Positions 28,164 to 39,103 of a stretch of DNA of 57,267 nucleotides are shown here, in pieces. Position 1 is the stretch's first letter. Each line of letters opens with the position of its first letter. The translations under genes were made by a program, and so were the position numbers. The stretch is from an uncultured delta proteobacterium (GTDB taxonomy: Bacteria > Myxococcota_A > Polyangia > Fen-1088), in assembly GCA_963755125.1 (NCBI GenBank), contig CAVWIP010000004.1, forward strand, positions 1 through 57,267, written 5' to 3'. Below the pieces are notes generated by a model that was given only the letters and a program-made list of their open reading frames with translations, did no database searches and was not told the origin of the DNA.

Positions 28164-29114
28164 ATGGCGGTCGAGCCCGCCGTTCCCGATTACCATGCCT
28201 CCCGCCGTGGCTGGTTTGGCCGGCGGCGGCGCAACCGCCGTGCGGTCGTGCAGAGGCGCAGCCTGCTGCTCGCGCTTTGGGCTGGCCTGGCCCGCCTGGG
28301 TCGCGGGGCGTGGCTGGTCGGACGGGTTGTGGGGAAGATCGTCGCGGTGCTGGCCGTGCTGGGCGGCGCAGGGTGGGGCGGTCGCTGGGCAATTCGCCAC
28401 GTCGTGGATTCGCCGCGCTTCCAGGTCCAGCAGATCGAACTTCAACCCTTGCAACACGTCCGACGCGAAGAGCTTGTGGCGCTGGCTGGGGTGGCTCTCG
28501 GCGACAGGCTGCTCAGCGTCGACACCGATGCGGTCGCGGCGCGGCTGGCCACCCACCCGTGGGTCGCAGCCGCGCATGTGAAACGCCATCTTCCTTCGGT
28601 GCTGCACGTCGAGCTGGTCGAGCGGCGCGCGACGGCGGTCGCCTCCCTGGGCGGTCTCTACCTTGTCGACGAGAATGGACGGCCGTTCAAGCGCGCGCGC
28701 ATGGACGAGGCGGACAGCCTGCCGGTTCTGACTGGCATCGGCCGCGAACAGTTCGCAAAGTTACCCGAGGCCAGCGCAGGGGTGTTCCGCGAGGCCCTGG
28801 CGCTGCTCGACGACTACCGCTCGCGGCCTGGCCGGCCGGCGCTCTCCGAGGTCAGCATTGACCCACGCTTTGGTTTCTCCCTCATCCTGCTGGAAGGCGG
28901 GGCTGAGATCCGGCTCGGCCGGGGCGAATACAGCAAAAAATTGGCGCGATTCGATCAAATCCTCGAAGCTATGGACAAAGAACATCTGGGCGGATTGTCT
29001 GCCGTGCGGGTCGTGAACCTCGACCTGGGCGGCAGACAGGTGCCGGTGCTTCTGCGTGGCCGCGACGGTGACGCCGCGGCGGAGAAGCCGGCATCCAAGC
29101 CGGCCAAGAACTGA
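28164..29114 (+). CDS. ftsQ: Cell division protein FtsQ/DivIB
   Basis: Basic N-terminus, one TM, POTRA domain (SPRFQVQQI...HPWVAAAHVKRHLPSVLHVELVER); directly upstream of ftsA; start approximate. Confidence 0.88.
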   Translation: MAVEPAVPDYHASRRGWFGRRRRNRRAVVQRRSLLLALWAGLARLGRGAWLVGRVVGKIVAVLAVLGGAGWGGRWAIRHVVDSPRFQVQQIELQPLQHVRREELVALAGVALGDRLLSVDTDAVAARLATHPWVAAAHVKRHLPSVLHVELVERRATAVASLGGLYLVDENGRPFKRARMDEADSLPVLTGIGREQFAKLPEASAGVFREALALLDDYRSRPGRPALSEVSIDPRFGFSLILLEGGAEIRLGRGEYSKKLARFDQILEAMDKEHLGGLSAVRVVNLDLGGRQVPVLLRGRDGDAAAEKPASKPAKN

Positions 29115-29142
29115 CAGGCCGAAGGAACGGAGACGAGAAAAA

Positions 29143-30378
29143 ATGGCGAGACGAAGCTCCGACATCATCGTTGGGCTCGACATCGGCACCACCAAGATCG
29201 CGGCCATCGTCGCAGAAATCGTCGAGAGCGGACTCGACGTCATCGGCATCGGCACGCACGTATCGCGCGGGTTGAAGAAGGGAGTCATCGTCAATATCGA
29301 CTCCACCGTCGCGGCCATCAAGCAGGCGGTGCTGGAAGCCGAGGGCATGTCCGGCTGTGAGATCTCGCAGGTTTACGTGGGGATCGCGGGCGGCCACATC
29401 AAAGGCGTGAATTCCACCGGCACCGTGGCCATCAAGGACAAGGAAGTGCGGTCGAGCGACGTGGCCAAGGTGCTGGAACTGGCGCGCGCCATTGCCCTGC
29501 CGGTGGACCGGCACGTGGTGCACGTGCTGCCGCAGGAATACCGGGTCGACGGCCAGGATGGCGTGCGCGAGCCGCTGGGCATGTGCGGGGTGCGCCTGGA
29601 AGCGCGCGTGCACATCGTCACGGCTGCGGCTGCGGCCCTGCAGAACATCATCAAGTGCTGTAGCCGGTGCGACCTGGAAGTGGTGGACACCGTGCTCGAG
29701 CCGCTGGCCTCGGGCGAGGCTGTGCTGGAGAGAGACGAGAAGGATCTGGGTGTGGCCCTGGTCGACATCGGCGGCGGCACCACGGACATCGCCATCTTCA
29801 CCGAGGGAGCAGTGGCCCACACCAGCGTGATTCCGCTCGGCGGCCATCAGCTTACCAGCGACATCGCCTTTGGCCTGCGCACGCCGCCGCACGAGGCAGA
29901 GAAGATCAAGCACCGCTGGGGCTGCGCCCTGGCGAGCATGGTGTCCGCGACCGAGACCATCGAGGTGGCCTCGGTGGGCGGCCGCGCGCCGCGCATTCTG
30001 TCGCGCCAGATGTTGTGTCGGGACATCATCCAGCCGCGCATCGAGGAGATCTTCTCGTTCGTCAAGGCGGAGATCATGCGGCTGGGCTGCGAGGACATGC
30101 TGGCCTCGGGCGCCGTGATCACAGGCGGCGCGACCCAGCTTCCAGGCATGGCGGAACTGGCGGAGGAGGTGCTGGGTATCCCGGTGCGGCTGGGCATGCC
30201 CAAGGGAGTCGGGGGCCTGGCCGACGTGGTCAAGTCGCCGGCGTTCTCGACCGGCGTCGGTCTGGTGCAGTACGGCGCCAGTCAACACGGCCTGTCCGGC
30301 CGACCAACCAGCACCCCAGCTCGCAGCGGTGGCGGCATCTTCAGCCGCCTGCGCCGGGTTCTGTCGAGCGCGTTCTAA
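29143..30378 (+). CDS. ftsA: Cell division protein FtsA
   Basis: VGLDIGTTK, GIAGGHI, VDIGGGTTD, AEKIK, ITGG; C-terminal amphipathic helix. Confidence 0.97.
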   Translation: MARRSSDIIVGLDIGTTKIAAIVAEIVESGLDVIGIGTHVSRGLKKGVIVNIDSTVAAIKQAVLEAEGMSGCEISQVYVGIAGGHIKGVNSTGTVAIKDKEVRSSDVAKVLELARAIALPVDRHVVHVLPQEYRVDGQDGVREPLGMCGVRLEARVHIVTAAAAALQNIIKCCSRCDLEVVDTVLEPLASGEAVLERDEKDLGVALVDIGGGTTDIAIFTEGAVAHTSVIPLGGHQLTSDIAFGLRTPPHEAEKIKHRWGCALASMVSATETIEVASVGGRAPRILSRQMLCRDIIQPRIEEIFSFVKAEIMRLGCEDMLASGAVITGGATQLPGMAELAEEVLGIPVRLGMPKGVGGLADVVKSPAFSTGVGLVQYGASQHGLSGRPTSTPARSGGGIFSRLRRVLSSAF

Positions 30379-30380
30379 CG

Positions 30381-31151
30381 TCACTGCTCGGGGCCGGTGC
30401 GCGCGATCTCGGCGTCGTCGAGAAAGATCTCGGCCGGCTGTTGGGTGATGTACGATGCCGAACCACCCACATTCCAGGATAGCCACATGGTGGGTACGGT
30501 CGACACCCCGGACACATCCACTAGCGGCTTGCCATCGACCCAGAAGGTGACGTGTCCCGTGTTGTCCGTCGCCTGGTGCATGAACGCCTCGACAAGGAAC
30601 CAGCGCCCGATGGGAGCCACAGCCGTTGTAGTGGGAATGTACTTGTGTGCGTGCGGGGTATCGTACAGGTACCAGGACATATCAACGCCATTCGAGGCCT
30701 GTTCCAGGTCGAGGCTCCACAGGTACACATAGGTGGCGGAGTCCGCGGGATCGGTACGCCCCTGGAACTCAAACACGTTCCAGTACTCGTTCGAGTACTG
30801 CTCAATGGTGTAGTTTTGCGGAATATACATCCACACTCTGTAGTAGGCATCGTTGGGCAGGCTCCCCCACCTGTAAAGCCGAGCGTATGAGGTCCCGTTG
30901 GCGGCGAAGATGGCTGACAGTGCTGCATACTGTCCACTGTGCGTGGGGGTGGCGACAACCGACAGCTGTGCATCCGATGACACTATCTGTCCGCCCGCGC
31001 TGGCCCCACCGTCGGTCCCACCCTCGGTCCACTGCGACAGATCTCCAGTCTCGAAATCGGCAGACCAGTAGGGTGGGTCGCTGCCGAGATGGATCTGGTC
31101 GCTGCAGGCCCCGAGGACCAGCAGCGTCACGACTGACAAGGCTCTTCTCAA
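30381..31151 (-). CDS. Lipoprotein with a polysaccharide-lyase-like / LamG beta-sandwich domain
   Basis: Lipobox LGAC; ADFETGDLSQW, YYRVWMYIP, PIGRWF.VE, G.VTFWVDG, FLDD. Confidence 0.6.
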   Translation of the reverse strand: MRRALSVVTLLVLGACSDQIHLGSDPPYWSADFETGDLSQWTEGGTDGGASAGGQIVSSDAQLSVVATPTHSGQYAALSAIFAANGTSYARLYRWGSLPNDAYYRVWMYIPQNYTIEQYSNEYWNVFEFQGRTDPADSATYVYLWSLDLEQASNGVDMSWYLYDTPHAHKYIPTTTAVAPIGRWFLVEAFMHQATDNTGHVTFWVDGKPLVDVSGVSTVPTMWLSWNVGGSASYITQQPAEIFLDDAEIARTGPEQ

Positions 31152-31948
31152 GGCTTGGTCGCGCTCACTGTTTTGCGGGCCAAACCGACGAAGCGACCCG
31201 CCGGGTAGCGCCCAAGATATTGCTTGGCCAGTGTCGTGGCGACAGCGGCATCGTGGCGAGCCAGCGCTGCTTCGATGCCGATGGCAAGCGCTTCCTCGGT
31301 GAGCACGCCTTCGGGGAAGCGCGTGAGGTAGCTTTGCAGCAAGGTGCCGGCGCGCGCTGGGTTGTGCTCGCGGCGGAGGGATCGCAAAGCCGCCATCACC
31401 AGCGCCGCCTCTTCGGGCGGTGGCGGGGCCGGGGCCACCATCACTGGAGGCGATTCTTCGACCGAGTCCCGCACGTCGCTGGCTGCGACTGCCTGCCGTC
31501 TTGCGGTCAGCGGCTCTCTCGCGCGGTCGCGATGGGTCGTGACATGGGAGACCGACGCCACAACCGCCTTGTGGGCGACCGACGGCGAAGCCGGAATGCT
31601 ATCGGCCAGGGCCGGTCTCAGCTCGGGTTCTTGCTCTCGCTGCGCGATGGGGTGCTTTGGCTGGGCGCCCGGCATGGTCAGCGCGGCCGACGTTCCATGG
31701 TCTGAACCGGCAAGCCAGCGACGAGCCAGCGTGGCACTGAGGATGGTGGTGCTGACGAGCAAGGCTGCCACCAGGACAGCAACTCGCAAAAGGCGCGGGC
31801 CCCGCGCAGGCCCAGCACAGACCCTGGCGTAGACGCGCCTTTCCGCCAGTTCGTTGTCAGCGGTGGGAGGCAACGATCGCAGGAGCCGCGCAGCCTCGGC
31901 TTCGTCTGGATCGCGGAACTCTTGCATTTCAAGCAGTCGCTGTTTCAT
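31148..31948 (-). CDS. Putative anti-sigma factor (single TM, Pro/Ala linker, C-terminal TPR-like domain)
   Basis: ATGA-coupled to the ECF sigma gene; YLTRFPEGVLTEEA...YLGRYPAG. Confidence 0.6.
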   Translation of the reverse strand: MKQRLLEMQEFRDPDEAEAARLLRSLPPTADNELAERRVYARVCAGPARGPRLLRVAVLVAALLVSTTILSATLARRWLAGSDHGTSAALTMPGAQPKHPIAQREQEPELRPALADSIPASPSVAHKAVVASVSHVTTHRDRAREPLTARRQAVAASDVRDSVEESPPVMVAPAPPPPEEAALVMAALRSLRREHNPARAGTLLQSYLTRFPEGVLTEEALAIGIEAALARHDAAVATTLAKQYLGRYPAGRFVGLARKTVSATKP

Positions 31949-32559
31949 GGCATTCCCGCCTCAGCTTGTCTCTGTTTGCGCAGGGCTGCGACCATGGACA
32001 CCAGATCCTTGCGTGCATGGTGAAGCCTGGTCCACACGGTCTTCACCGGCACGCCGTGCAGTGTGGCGATTTCCTGGCCACTGTACCCTTCAATCTCGAA
32101 CAGAACCAGGGTCGCGCGGCGCTTGTCGCTCATGCGGGCAAGCATCTGGGCAAGCACGCGCTGATCCTGCTTCTTCTCGAGTGCCATTGCAGGCGTGGCA
32201 CTCATTCCGGCCAGTTCCATGGAGTCGACATCCTGGCCACGTGAGAACAAGTTCTTGAACCAGGCCCGGCGGCGGAAATTTCGCACTGTCAGATGGGCGA
32301 TTCGATACAGCCAGCCTGCCAGGTTCCCGCCGTGGAAGTACGGCAACTTGCGACGCACGATCAGGAACACGTCCTGCGCCACGTCCTCAATCTCAGCCTC
32401 TGGCACGCCCAAAGCACGCATCCAGGCCACCGTCTGCCGAAAGTAGGCGTGGTAGACGTCCTCGAAAATCAGTTGGGCGGAAATCTGTGGGAGGCGACGC
32501 CCGTCCGTAGCGCAGGGAGCGCCGCTTTGGTCATGCTGGGGACTGGACCACCTCTGCAC
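31945..32559 (-). CDS. ECF RNA polymerase sigma factor
   Basis: EDVAQDVF, WLYRIA, LFEIEGYSGQEIA...TVWTRLHHAR; start uncertain. Confidence 0.92.
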   Translation of the reverse strand: MQRWSSPQHDQSGAPCATDGRRLPQISAQLIFEDVYHAYFRQTVAWMRALGVPEAEIEDVAQDVFLIVRRKLPYFHGGNLAGWLYRIAHLTVRNFRRRAWFKNLFSRGQDVDSMELAGMSATPAMALEKKQDQRVLAQMLARMSDKRRATLVLFEIEGYSGQEIATLHGVPVKTVWTRLHHARKDLVSMVAALRKQRQAEAGMP

Positions 32560-32613
32560 ATCCTAAGTATGTCACCAGAAGCCATAAAGCTTCTAGTTGC
32601 GCGATTCTGTATG

Positions 32614-33516
32614 TCAGCGCACAGAACCGAGCGAGATGCTGGCGCCTGCCAGCAGGCCCAACCAGAGCCGTGGCGCGGTGCCCACAGTTCCAACGGAATC
32701 GACGACCAGAGGAAAACGGCGTGCGCTGAGTTCCGCCTGCAAGGCCAGGAAAGGCGACACGCGACGACCGGTGGCCTGAGCCCGAAATCCGAGGCGTCCG
32801 CCTGCGTCGATGTGTGTCGAACTGGCGTCTTGATACAGGCCGCGTCCGTGCGCGACTAGCAAAGCCCCGTAGGGCCCAAGCTCGATTCCAAGTTCGGCTG
32901 GACCCCAGCGCCAGGACAGGCTTGCCGAAGCATCGAGGGATATCCGGGCCAGCGAGAGATCGTAGTCCTGCACCTTGACGACGGCTGGATAACTGGCCTC
33001 CAGGCCAGCCGTCAGACCGAAGCGTTGCCCCGACGCCAGCCAACGCAGGGCGCCACCCCAGGTCATGGCAGAGTTGCGGCCGTCCGATCCGGGTGCGAGC
33101 AGGAACTCGGGCCCAAGATCGAGCCGCTGGGCACGGGGCGAGCGAGGTTGCTTCGGCCCCGTGGATTCACGCGCGGGAGGAGCGGGAGACGGCTCCCCCA
33201 GGTCTGGAGGCTCAAGTACCAGCGCCGCGAAGACAGCCGCAATCCTGGTCCGTTCGAGGCAATTGCGGTCGGGATCGGAGTAGGTGGCCGAGCGACCCGC
33301 CACCAGTATCGACCAACTCGTGCCCATGTCGCGCACCGTGACCGTCGCGGAAGACGTGCGACCCGTTTTGGCGCTCAGCAGCTGAGTCAGTGCCGCATCG
33401 ATGTCGGCGCCGCGCGGACAATCTCCCGTGGAATCGACCATCGCCGCCTGACCGAGCCGCGGTTCGAGCACGGAGACAAGGACGAGCCAGCCGAGATACC
33501 GGCGCGTGGAGATCAT
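32614..33516 (-). CDS. Exported hypothetical protein with a beta-strand-rich C-terminus
   Basis: Signal-like N-terminus, Cys pair, Pro linker, amphipathic beta strands; alternative start 33540. Confidence 0.55.
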   Translation of the reverse strand: MISTRRYLGWLVLVSVLEPRLGQAAMVDSTGDCPRGADIDAALTQLLSAKTGRTSSATVTVRDMGTSWSILVAGRSATYSDPDRNCLERTRIAAVFAALVLEPPDLGEPSPAPPARESTGPKQPRSPRAQRLDLGPEFLLAPGSDGRNSAMTWGGALRWLASGQRFGLTAGLEASYPAVVKVQDYDLSLARISLDASASLSWRWGPAELGIELGPYGALLVAHGRGLYQDASSTHIDAGGRLGFRAQATGRRVSPFLALQAELSARRFPLVVDSVGTVGTAPRLWLGLLAGASISLGSVR

Positions 33517-33621
33517 TGGAGAACGGATGCCCCGAGACAAGGCGCACAGAATAGCATTGTCACCGGCTGCTTCGGTTCATGGCGTTGGCAGAACTGTGGC
33601 CCGCACGCACGGCCAGTCGCA

Positions 33622-35322
33622 TTACTCGGCGGTTTTCCTGGGATCCGTGATCTGCCACGTGCCTTGCTCAGCATCCCAGGTTCCCTGGGCCGACCAGTGC
33701 GACGGGGCGACGTCGTCGTGGTCGATCCAGGCGTGGCAACTGAAAGCCGCTGGCGCGCGGTCATCGCGTCTGTACTGGTAGCAAACACGGCGGGATTCCA
33801 GGATCGGCCAGCCCAGGGCGCGGTAGCTGGCGACCGTCGGGTCAGTGGATGACGTGAGTGGGTTGGGACAGACGACCGGCAGGGTCTTGGGCAAGGCCTC
33901 GGATGGGGTCAATGCCCGCGCCTTGGAGTGGCCGGACTTGTCCGCACGCTGCTTTGTCAGAGTGACGATGGCTTCGCTGCAGGCCTCGAGCATCGTCCCC
34001 GCGTCGGATTCGGGAAATGTGGCTACGCGGTGTGCATTCGACGACGCTCGGAGCGCGGGAACGAGAGCAGCCCCGACCCCAACGGGCACCATCAGCAGCG
34101 GCGGCAGGAGCATGGTCTTGTGCGAGTGCGGTGAGTTGGAAGCGAAGTACAGCCCGTCGGGCAGATTGACCTGCTGGGCAGCAAAGGGACTGCCTCCGTC
34201 GGGGAGCAAACTCACGAAGAGGTCGATGCCGGCCTGCTCCTCGGCGTCGTCCTTGCCGAAGGCGGCCAAGATACGGGCAAGCTTGGGAAAGAAGGTGCCG
34301 GACAGGTAACTGAATCCGTTGGCCTGTTTCAAGAAGCCAGCCGTGGCGATCTTGAATTCCGGTGCGTCACCCAACCGCTTTCCGGCAGCGGCCTTGTCCG
34401 AAAGAAACTCCTTCACAAAGGCCACGCTGGTCGCCAGAAAAACCCGCCCGGTCTTGGTGTCCTTTGCCAGAACCGGCTTGAGTCCGACTATTCCCCGAAC
34501 GGGAACGTCGGTTTCGATCAGCCGCAGATCGCCGTCTTGCGAGAACCTGATGGGACCCTTGCTGGGGATAGGCCGCAGCAGCCCTTCGATCGCATCGAAC
34601 AGGACCGCCATGTTGTCGACAGCGATGAGCAGATCGAGTGCAACAGGCTTGGTGAAGCCATTGCCGTCGGTGGTCAAGGACAGACCCTCGGGGACGGCAA
34701 CCCGCATGACACCGACCAGCCGTGTGTCGAGCTGTTCGATGGTGCGGCGTAAAGTGAGCGAAGTACCCGGGATCTTCTCGTCGAGGCCATCCAGCCAGTC
34801 CTTCGCGTCGGAGCCGCGAATGTCCCTGAGGATCGATTCGCCGAGGTCGAAGAGCGACTTGACCTTGAGGTCCGTCTCGAACACGAGGTCGGCATCGCCG
34901 GGCGCCTGCCGGATGCTCTCGAGATCCCGCGGCGCCGCTCCGGTGAGCAGCAACAGGCCGCGCCGCGGGCTGCGCTGCTGAAGGAAGGCTTTGTTGTGGA
35001 AGACCTTGCCATCCTTGGTCGAGCTGAGCCCGAAGGCCAACAGATCGTCGAGACCGAGCTGCCCCAGAATGCGCCTGGCCTTGATCCGTTCCAGGTGAAG
35101 TTCGGGAGACACCGTGCTCACCCGCTTGATGAGCTGGTCGAGCTGGTCAGCCAGCGCGGAAAGATCCCCGTCGACATCGGCGTACGCGAAAACCTCGCCC
35201 CCCATGTCCAGGTGCTTTGCCACGTCAGAAAAATGCGGCGACGGGTTCGCCGCCGTCTGGGTGGCACAACCGCCCAGAGCCAAAATCGAGGCCAAGCCTG
35301 CGCTCGCGACTGCTGTCTTCAT
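33622..35322 (-). CDS. Lipoprotein with a large N-terminal domain, internal hydrophobic helix and pilin-like C-terminal domain
   Basis: Lipobox LGGC; RBS GGAGG; LLMVPVGVGAALVPAL followed by ALGW...YQY...F.C.A..D.D.....W. Confidence 0.55.
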   Translation of the reverse strand: MKTAVASAGLASILALGGCATQTAANPSPHFSDVAKHLDMGGEVFAYADVDGDLSALADQLDQLIKRVSTVSPELHLERIKARRILGQLGLDDLLAFGLSSTKDGKVFHNKAFLQQRSPRRGLLLLTGAAPRDLESIRQAPGDADLVFETDLKVKSLFDLGESILRDIRGSDAKDWLDGLDEKIPGTSLTLRRTIEQLDTRLVGVMRVAVPEGLSLTTDGNGFTKPVALDLLIAVDNMAVLFDAIEGLLRPIPSKGPIRFSQDGDLRLIETDVPVRGIVGLKPVLAKDTKTGRVFLATSVAFVKEFLSDKAAAGKRLGDAPEFKIATAGFLKQANGFSYLSGTFFPKLARILAAFGKDDAEEQAGIDLFVSLLPDGGSPFAAQQVNLPDGLYFASNSPHSHKTMLLPPLLMVPVGVGAALVPALRASSNAHRVATFPESDAGTMLEACSEAIVTLTKQRADKSGHSKARALTPSEALPKTLPVVCPNPLTSSTDPTVASYRALGWPILESRRVCYQYRRDDRAPAAFSCHAWIDHDDVAPSHWSAQGTWDAEQGTWQITDPRKTAE

Positions 35323-35549
35323 CGAATCGTCCCTCCACAAGTCATCGCATGACTGAATTCGCCGAGAGTAGTCCACTTGCCCGCGGAATCGAAGCCTGAA
35401 GGCCGCCATGCGTCGGCGATGGCCTGAACTGTTGTTCAGCTTCCAGCCTTTCGGCTGCCGTCCCCCCCAGGTCCGCCCCTGATTTCGTCATGTGAAAAAT
35501 TTGGAGCATGGCGCGGGCCGTGCGATCCAAGTAGTCCAGGAGAGATCAC

Positions 35550-37121
<1,572 letters not shown>

Positions 37122-37622
37122 GTGGTGCGCACTGTGGCGGGAGGGGCCGGGCGCAAGAGCCGGTCAGATGACACCAAGGTACTGGCGCGCAACCGAAAGG
37201 CGCGCCACGAGTACGAGATCGATGAAACCCTGGAGGCGGGCCTGGCTCTGGTTGGCTCCGAGGTCAAATCGATCCGCGACGGGAAGGTCACGCTCATCGA
37301 CGCGTACGCCAGCGTGGAAACCGGCGAGGCGTGGCTGCATCAACTGGATATCGGCGTCTACGCCTTCGCCCACGCGCGCAACCACGATCCGCGCCGGCGG
37401 CGCAAGTTGCTGCTGCACCGTCGCGAGATCGATCGCCTGGTGGCAAAGGTGCGCGAGAAGGGCTACACCTTGATCCCACTGTCGCTCTACGAAAAGCGTG
37501 GCCGCGTGAAGGTGGAACTGGCGCTGGTGCACGGCAAGCAGCAGTATGACCGGCGCGAGGACGTCAAGAAGCGCGAGGCCCAGCGCGAGATGGATCGTGC
37601 CCTGTCACGGCGGCGACAGTAG
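37122..37622 (+). CDS. smpB: SsrA-binding protein
   Basis: NRKARHEY, EAGLALVGSEVKS, RKLLLHRREI, GKQQYDRRE. Confidence 0.97.
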   Translation: MVRTVAGGAGRKSRSDDTKVLARNRKARHEYEIDETLEAGLALVGSEVKSIRDGKVTLIDAYASVETGEAWLHQLDIGVYAFAHARNHDPRRRRKLLLHRREIDRLVAKVREKGYTLIPLSLYEKRGRVKVELALVHGKQQYDRREDVKKREAQREMDRALSRRRQ

Positions 37623-37651
37623 CCCGAGCCGGTTGCAGCCCGATGGCGAGA

Positions 37652-38230
37652 TCACTTCTCGTCGATTCTCCAGTACTTGCCGCCCCCGCCTTCCCGGGCC
37701 ATGTAGCCGAAGTCCACCAGCCAGCGGCGTAGCCGGGCGGTGTCGTCATTGTACTTGGACAGGATCTCGTTGACCCGCTTCTCCGTGTAGCGTACCCCGT
37801 GATTGAACGCCGGCAGCACGTGGCGGAGCAGCACGCGAAATTTCCTTTCCTGCATGGGGAAGGCCTTGATCCGGCCGTCGCTGGTGGTGAAGGTGGCCAG
37901 CACCTTGCGGTCGAAATCGCTCAGTCCTTGCTCGCTGGCCGGGCGTGCCGGCTGCGTCTGGGCCAGCAACTCTTTGGCCATGCCGGACAGGGCATCAGCC
38001 TTCAGCGAGTACAGGTTGTAGTAGCTTTCACTACGCGCAGTGACCAGGCCGGCGCGCGCCAGCCGCGCCAGATGGTGCGACACCGTCGAAGCGCTCACGC
38101 CCAGAGTGACGGCAAGCTGTTCCACGGTGTAGGCCCGCTCCGCCAAAAGCCCGACAATGCGCAGGCGGTTGGGCTCGCCCAGCACCTTGAAGAACTCCAC
38201 CAGGTCACCCACGTGTTGGCTGTCATCCAT
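37652..38230 (-). CDS. ArsR-family HTH + DUF2087 protein
   Basis: FFKVLGEPNRLRI, TVSHHLARL; C-terminal YTEKRVNEIL..DTARLRRWLVDFGYM.R. Confidence 0.85.
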   Translation of the reverse strand: MDDSQHVGDLVEFFKVLGEPNRLRIVGLLAERAYTVEQLAVTLGVSASTVSHHLARLARAGLVTARSESYYNLYSLKADALSGMAKELLAQTQPARPASEQGLSDFDRKVLATFTTSDGRIKAFPMQERKFRVLLRHVLPAFNHGVRYTEKRVNEILSKYNDDTARLRRWLVDFGYMAREGGGGKYWRIDEK

Positions 38231-38256
38231 TTTGCATCTTGACTGTACCAAATTGA

Positions 38257-38292
38257 TTCGATAAGTATAGAAATAGTTCCTATCACCGTCAA
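38257..38292 (-). promoter_or_regulatory. Promoter TTGACG-17-TATACT with an overlapping imperfect palindrome TTCGATA-ag-TATAGAA
   Basis: -35 at 38292-38287, -10 at 38269-38264; palindrome at 38257-38272 in the AT-rich divergent intergenic region. Confidence 0.65.
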
Positions 38293-38306
38293 GCCAACGA
38301 AAGTCC

Positions 38307-38684
38307 ATGCCTGCCCCTGGCAAGACCCGCGCCGAGCTGAGGCGCGCGTACAAGGAAACCCCGCGCCAGGCCGGGATCTTTCAGATCAAGAATAGCAAAA
38401 CCGGCAAGATCCTCCTCGGCAGCAGCACGAATCTGCACGGCCCTTTGAACAAGCACCGCTTCATTTTGTCCATTGGCCGCCACGACAATGCGGCCCTGCA
38501 GAACGACTGGAACCAGTTCGGCCCTGACGCCTTCAGCTTCGAGATTCTGGAAGTCGTGAAGCCCAGCGACGAGCCCGGCTTCTGCCTGGAGGACGAGCTC
38601 ACCCTGCTGGAACAGATCTGGCTGGAAAGACTGCAGCCCTTCGGCGACCGTGGCTATAACCAGGGCCCCATCCGGCGGGATTAG
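38307..38684 (+). CDS. Small GIY-YIG family protein (LuxR-associated subtype)
   Basis: AYKE...GIFQIKN...GKILLGSS.N; H.N.ALQNDWNQFGPDAFSFEILE; GYN. Confidence 0.85.
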   Translation: MPAPGKTRAELRRAYKETPRQAGIFQIKNSKTGKILLGSSTNLHGPLNKHRFILSIGRHDNAALQNDWNQFGPDAFSFEILEVVKPSDEPGFCLEDELTLLEQIWLERLQPFGDRGYNQGPIRRD

Positions 38685-38770
38685 CGGGTGTGCCAAGCGT
38701 GGCCGGGAAAGCAGGCGTAATCGTCGTCCTTGCATTCAACCGTTCATGCGGCTATACGAATGTATAGGTC

Positions 38771-39103
38771 ATGACAAGCGCGGCCCGGTTCTTCAAGGTC
38801 CTCGCCGATGAGGCGCGGCTCAAGATCGTCTGGTTGCTCTTTCACCATGACGAGCTGTGCGTGTGCGACATCATGGCCGCGCTGGGTATCAACGCCGTGG
38901 CCGGTGTCGAGAACCTGATCGATCGCGAGGGCAAGCGCTACCTGCAGCGTGGCCTGAAGTACGCGGCGCCGACAGGCCCGCGCATCGAGCAGGCGCTGCT
39001 GGACGATCCCCTGCTACTGCGCACCCCGATCGTGCGCGCCGGCGATCGCGCTACGGTGGGATTTGCGCCCGAGGTCTGGGCCACCTGGCTGTCTTCATCT
39101 TGA
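38771..39103 (+). pseudogene. Chimera of an ArsR N-terminus and an ArsC/Spx-family C-terminus (probable deletion product)
   Basis: FKVLADEARLKI..ELCVCDIMAALGI joined directly to ..LIDREGK..LLDDPLLLRTPIVR..ATVGFAPEVW. Confidence 0.7.

Noticed and set aside
27009..29114. 701-aa ORF as a giant FtsQ fusion
   Set aside because: The N-terminal ~385 aa are the antisense of the second vapBC pair plus intergenic DNA; the FtsQ signal starts near 28164
35509..35523. Sigma54-like TGGCGC-N5-GTGC upstream of ftsZ
   Set aside because: Spacing is right but there are two mismatches in GC-rich DNA, so it cannot be distinguished from chance
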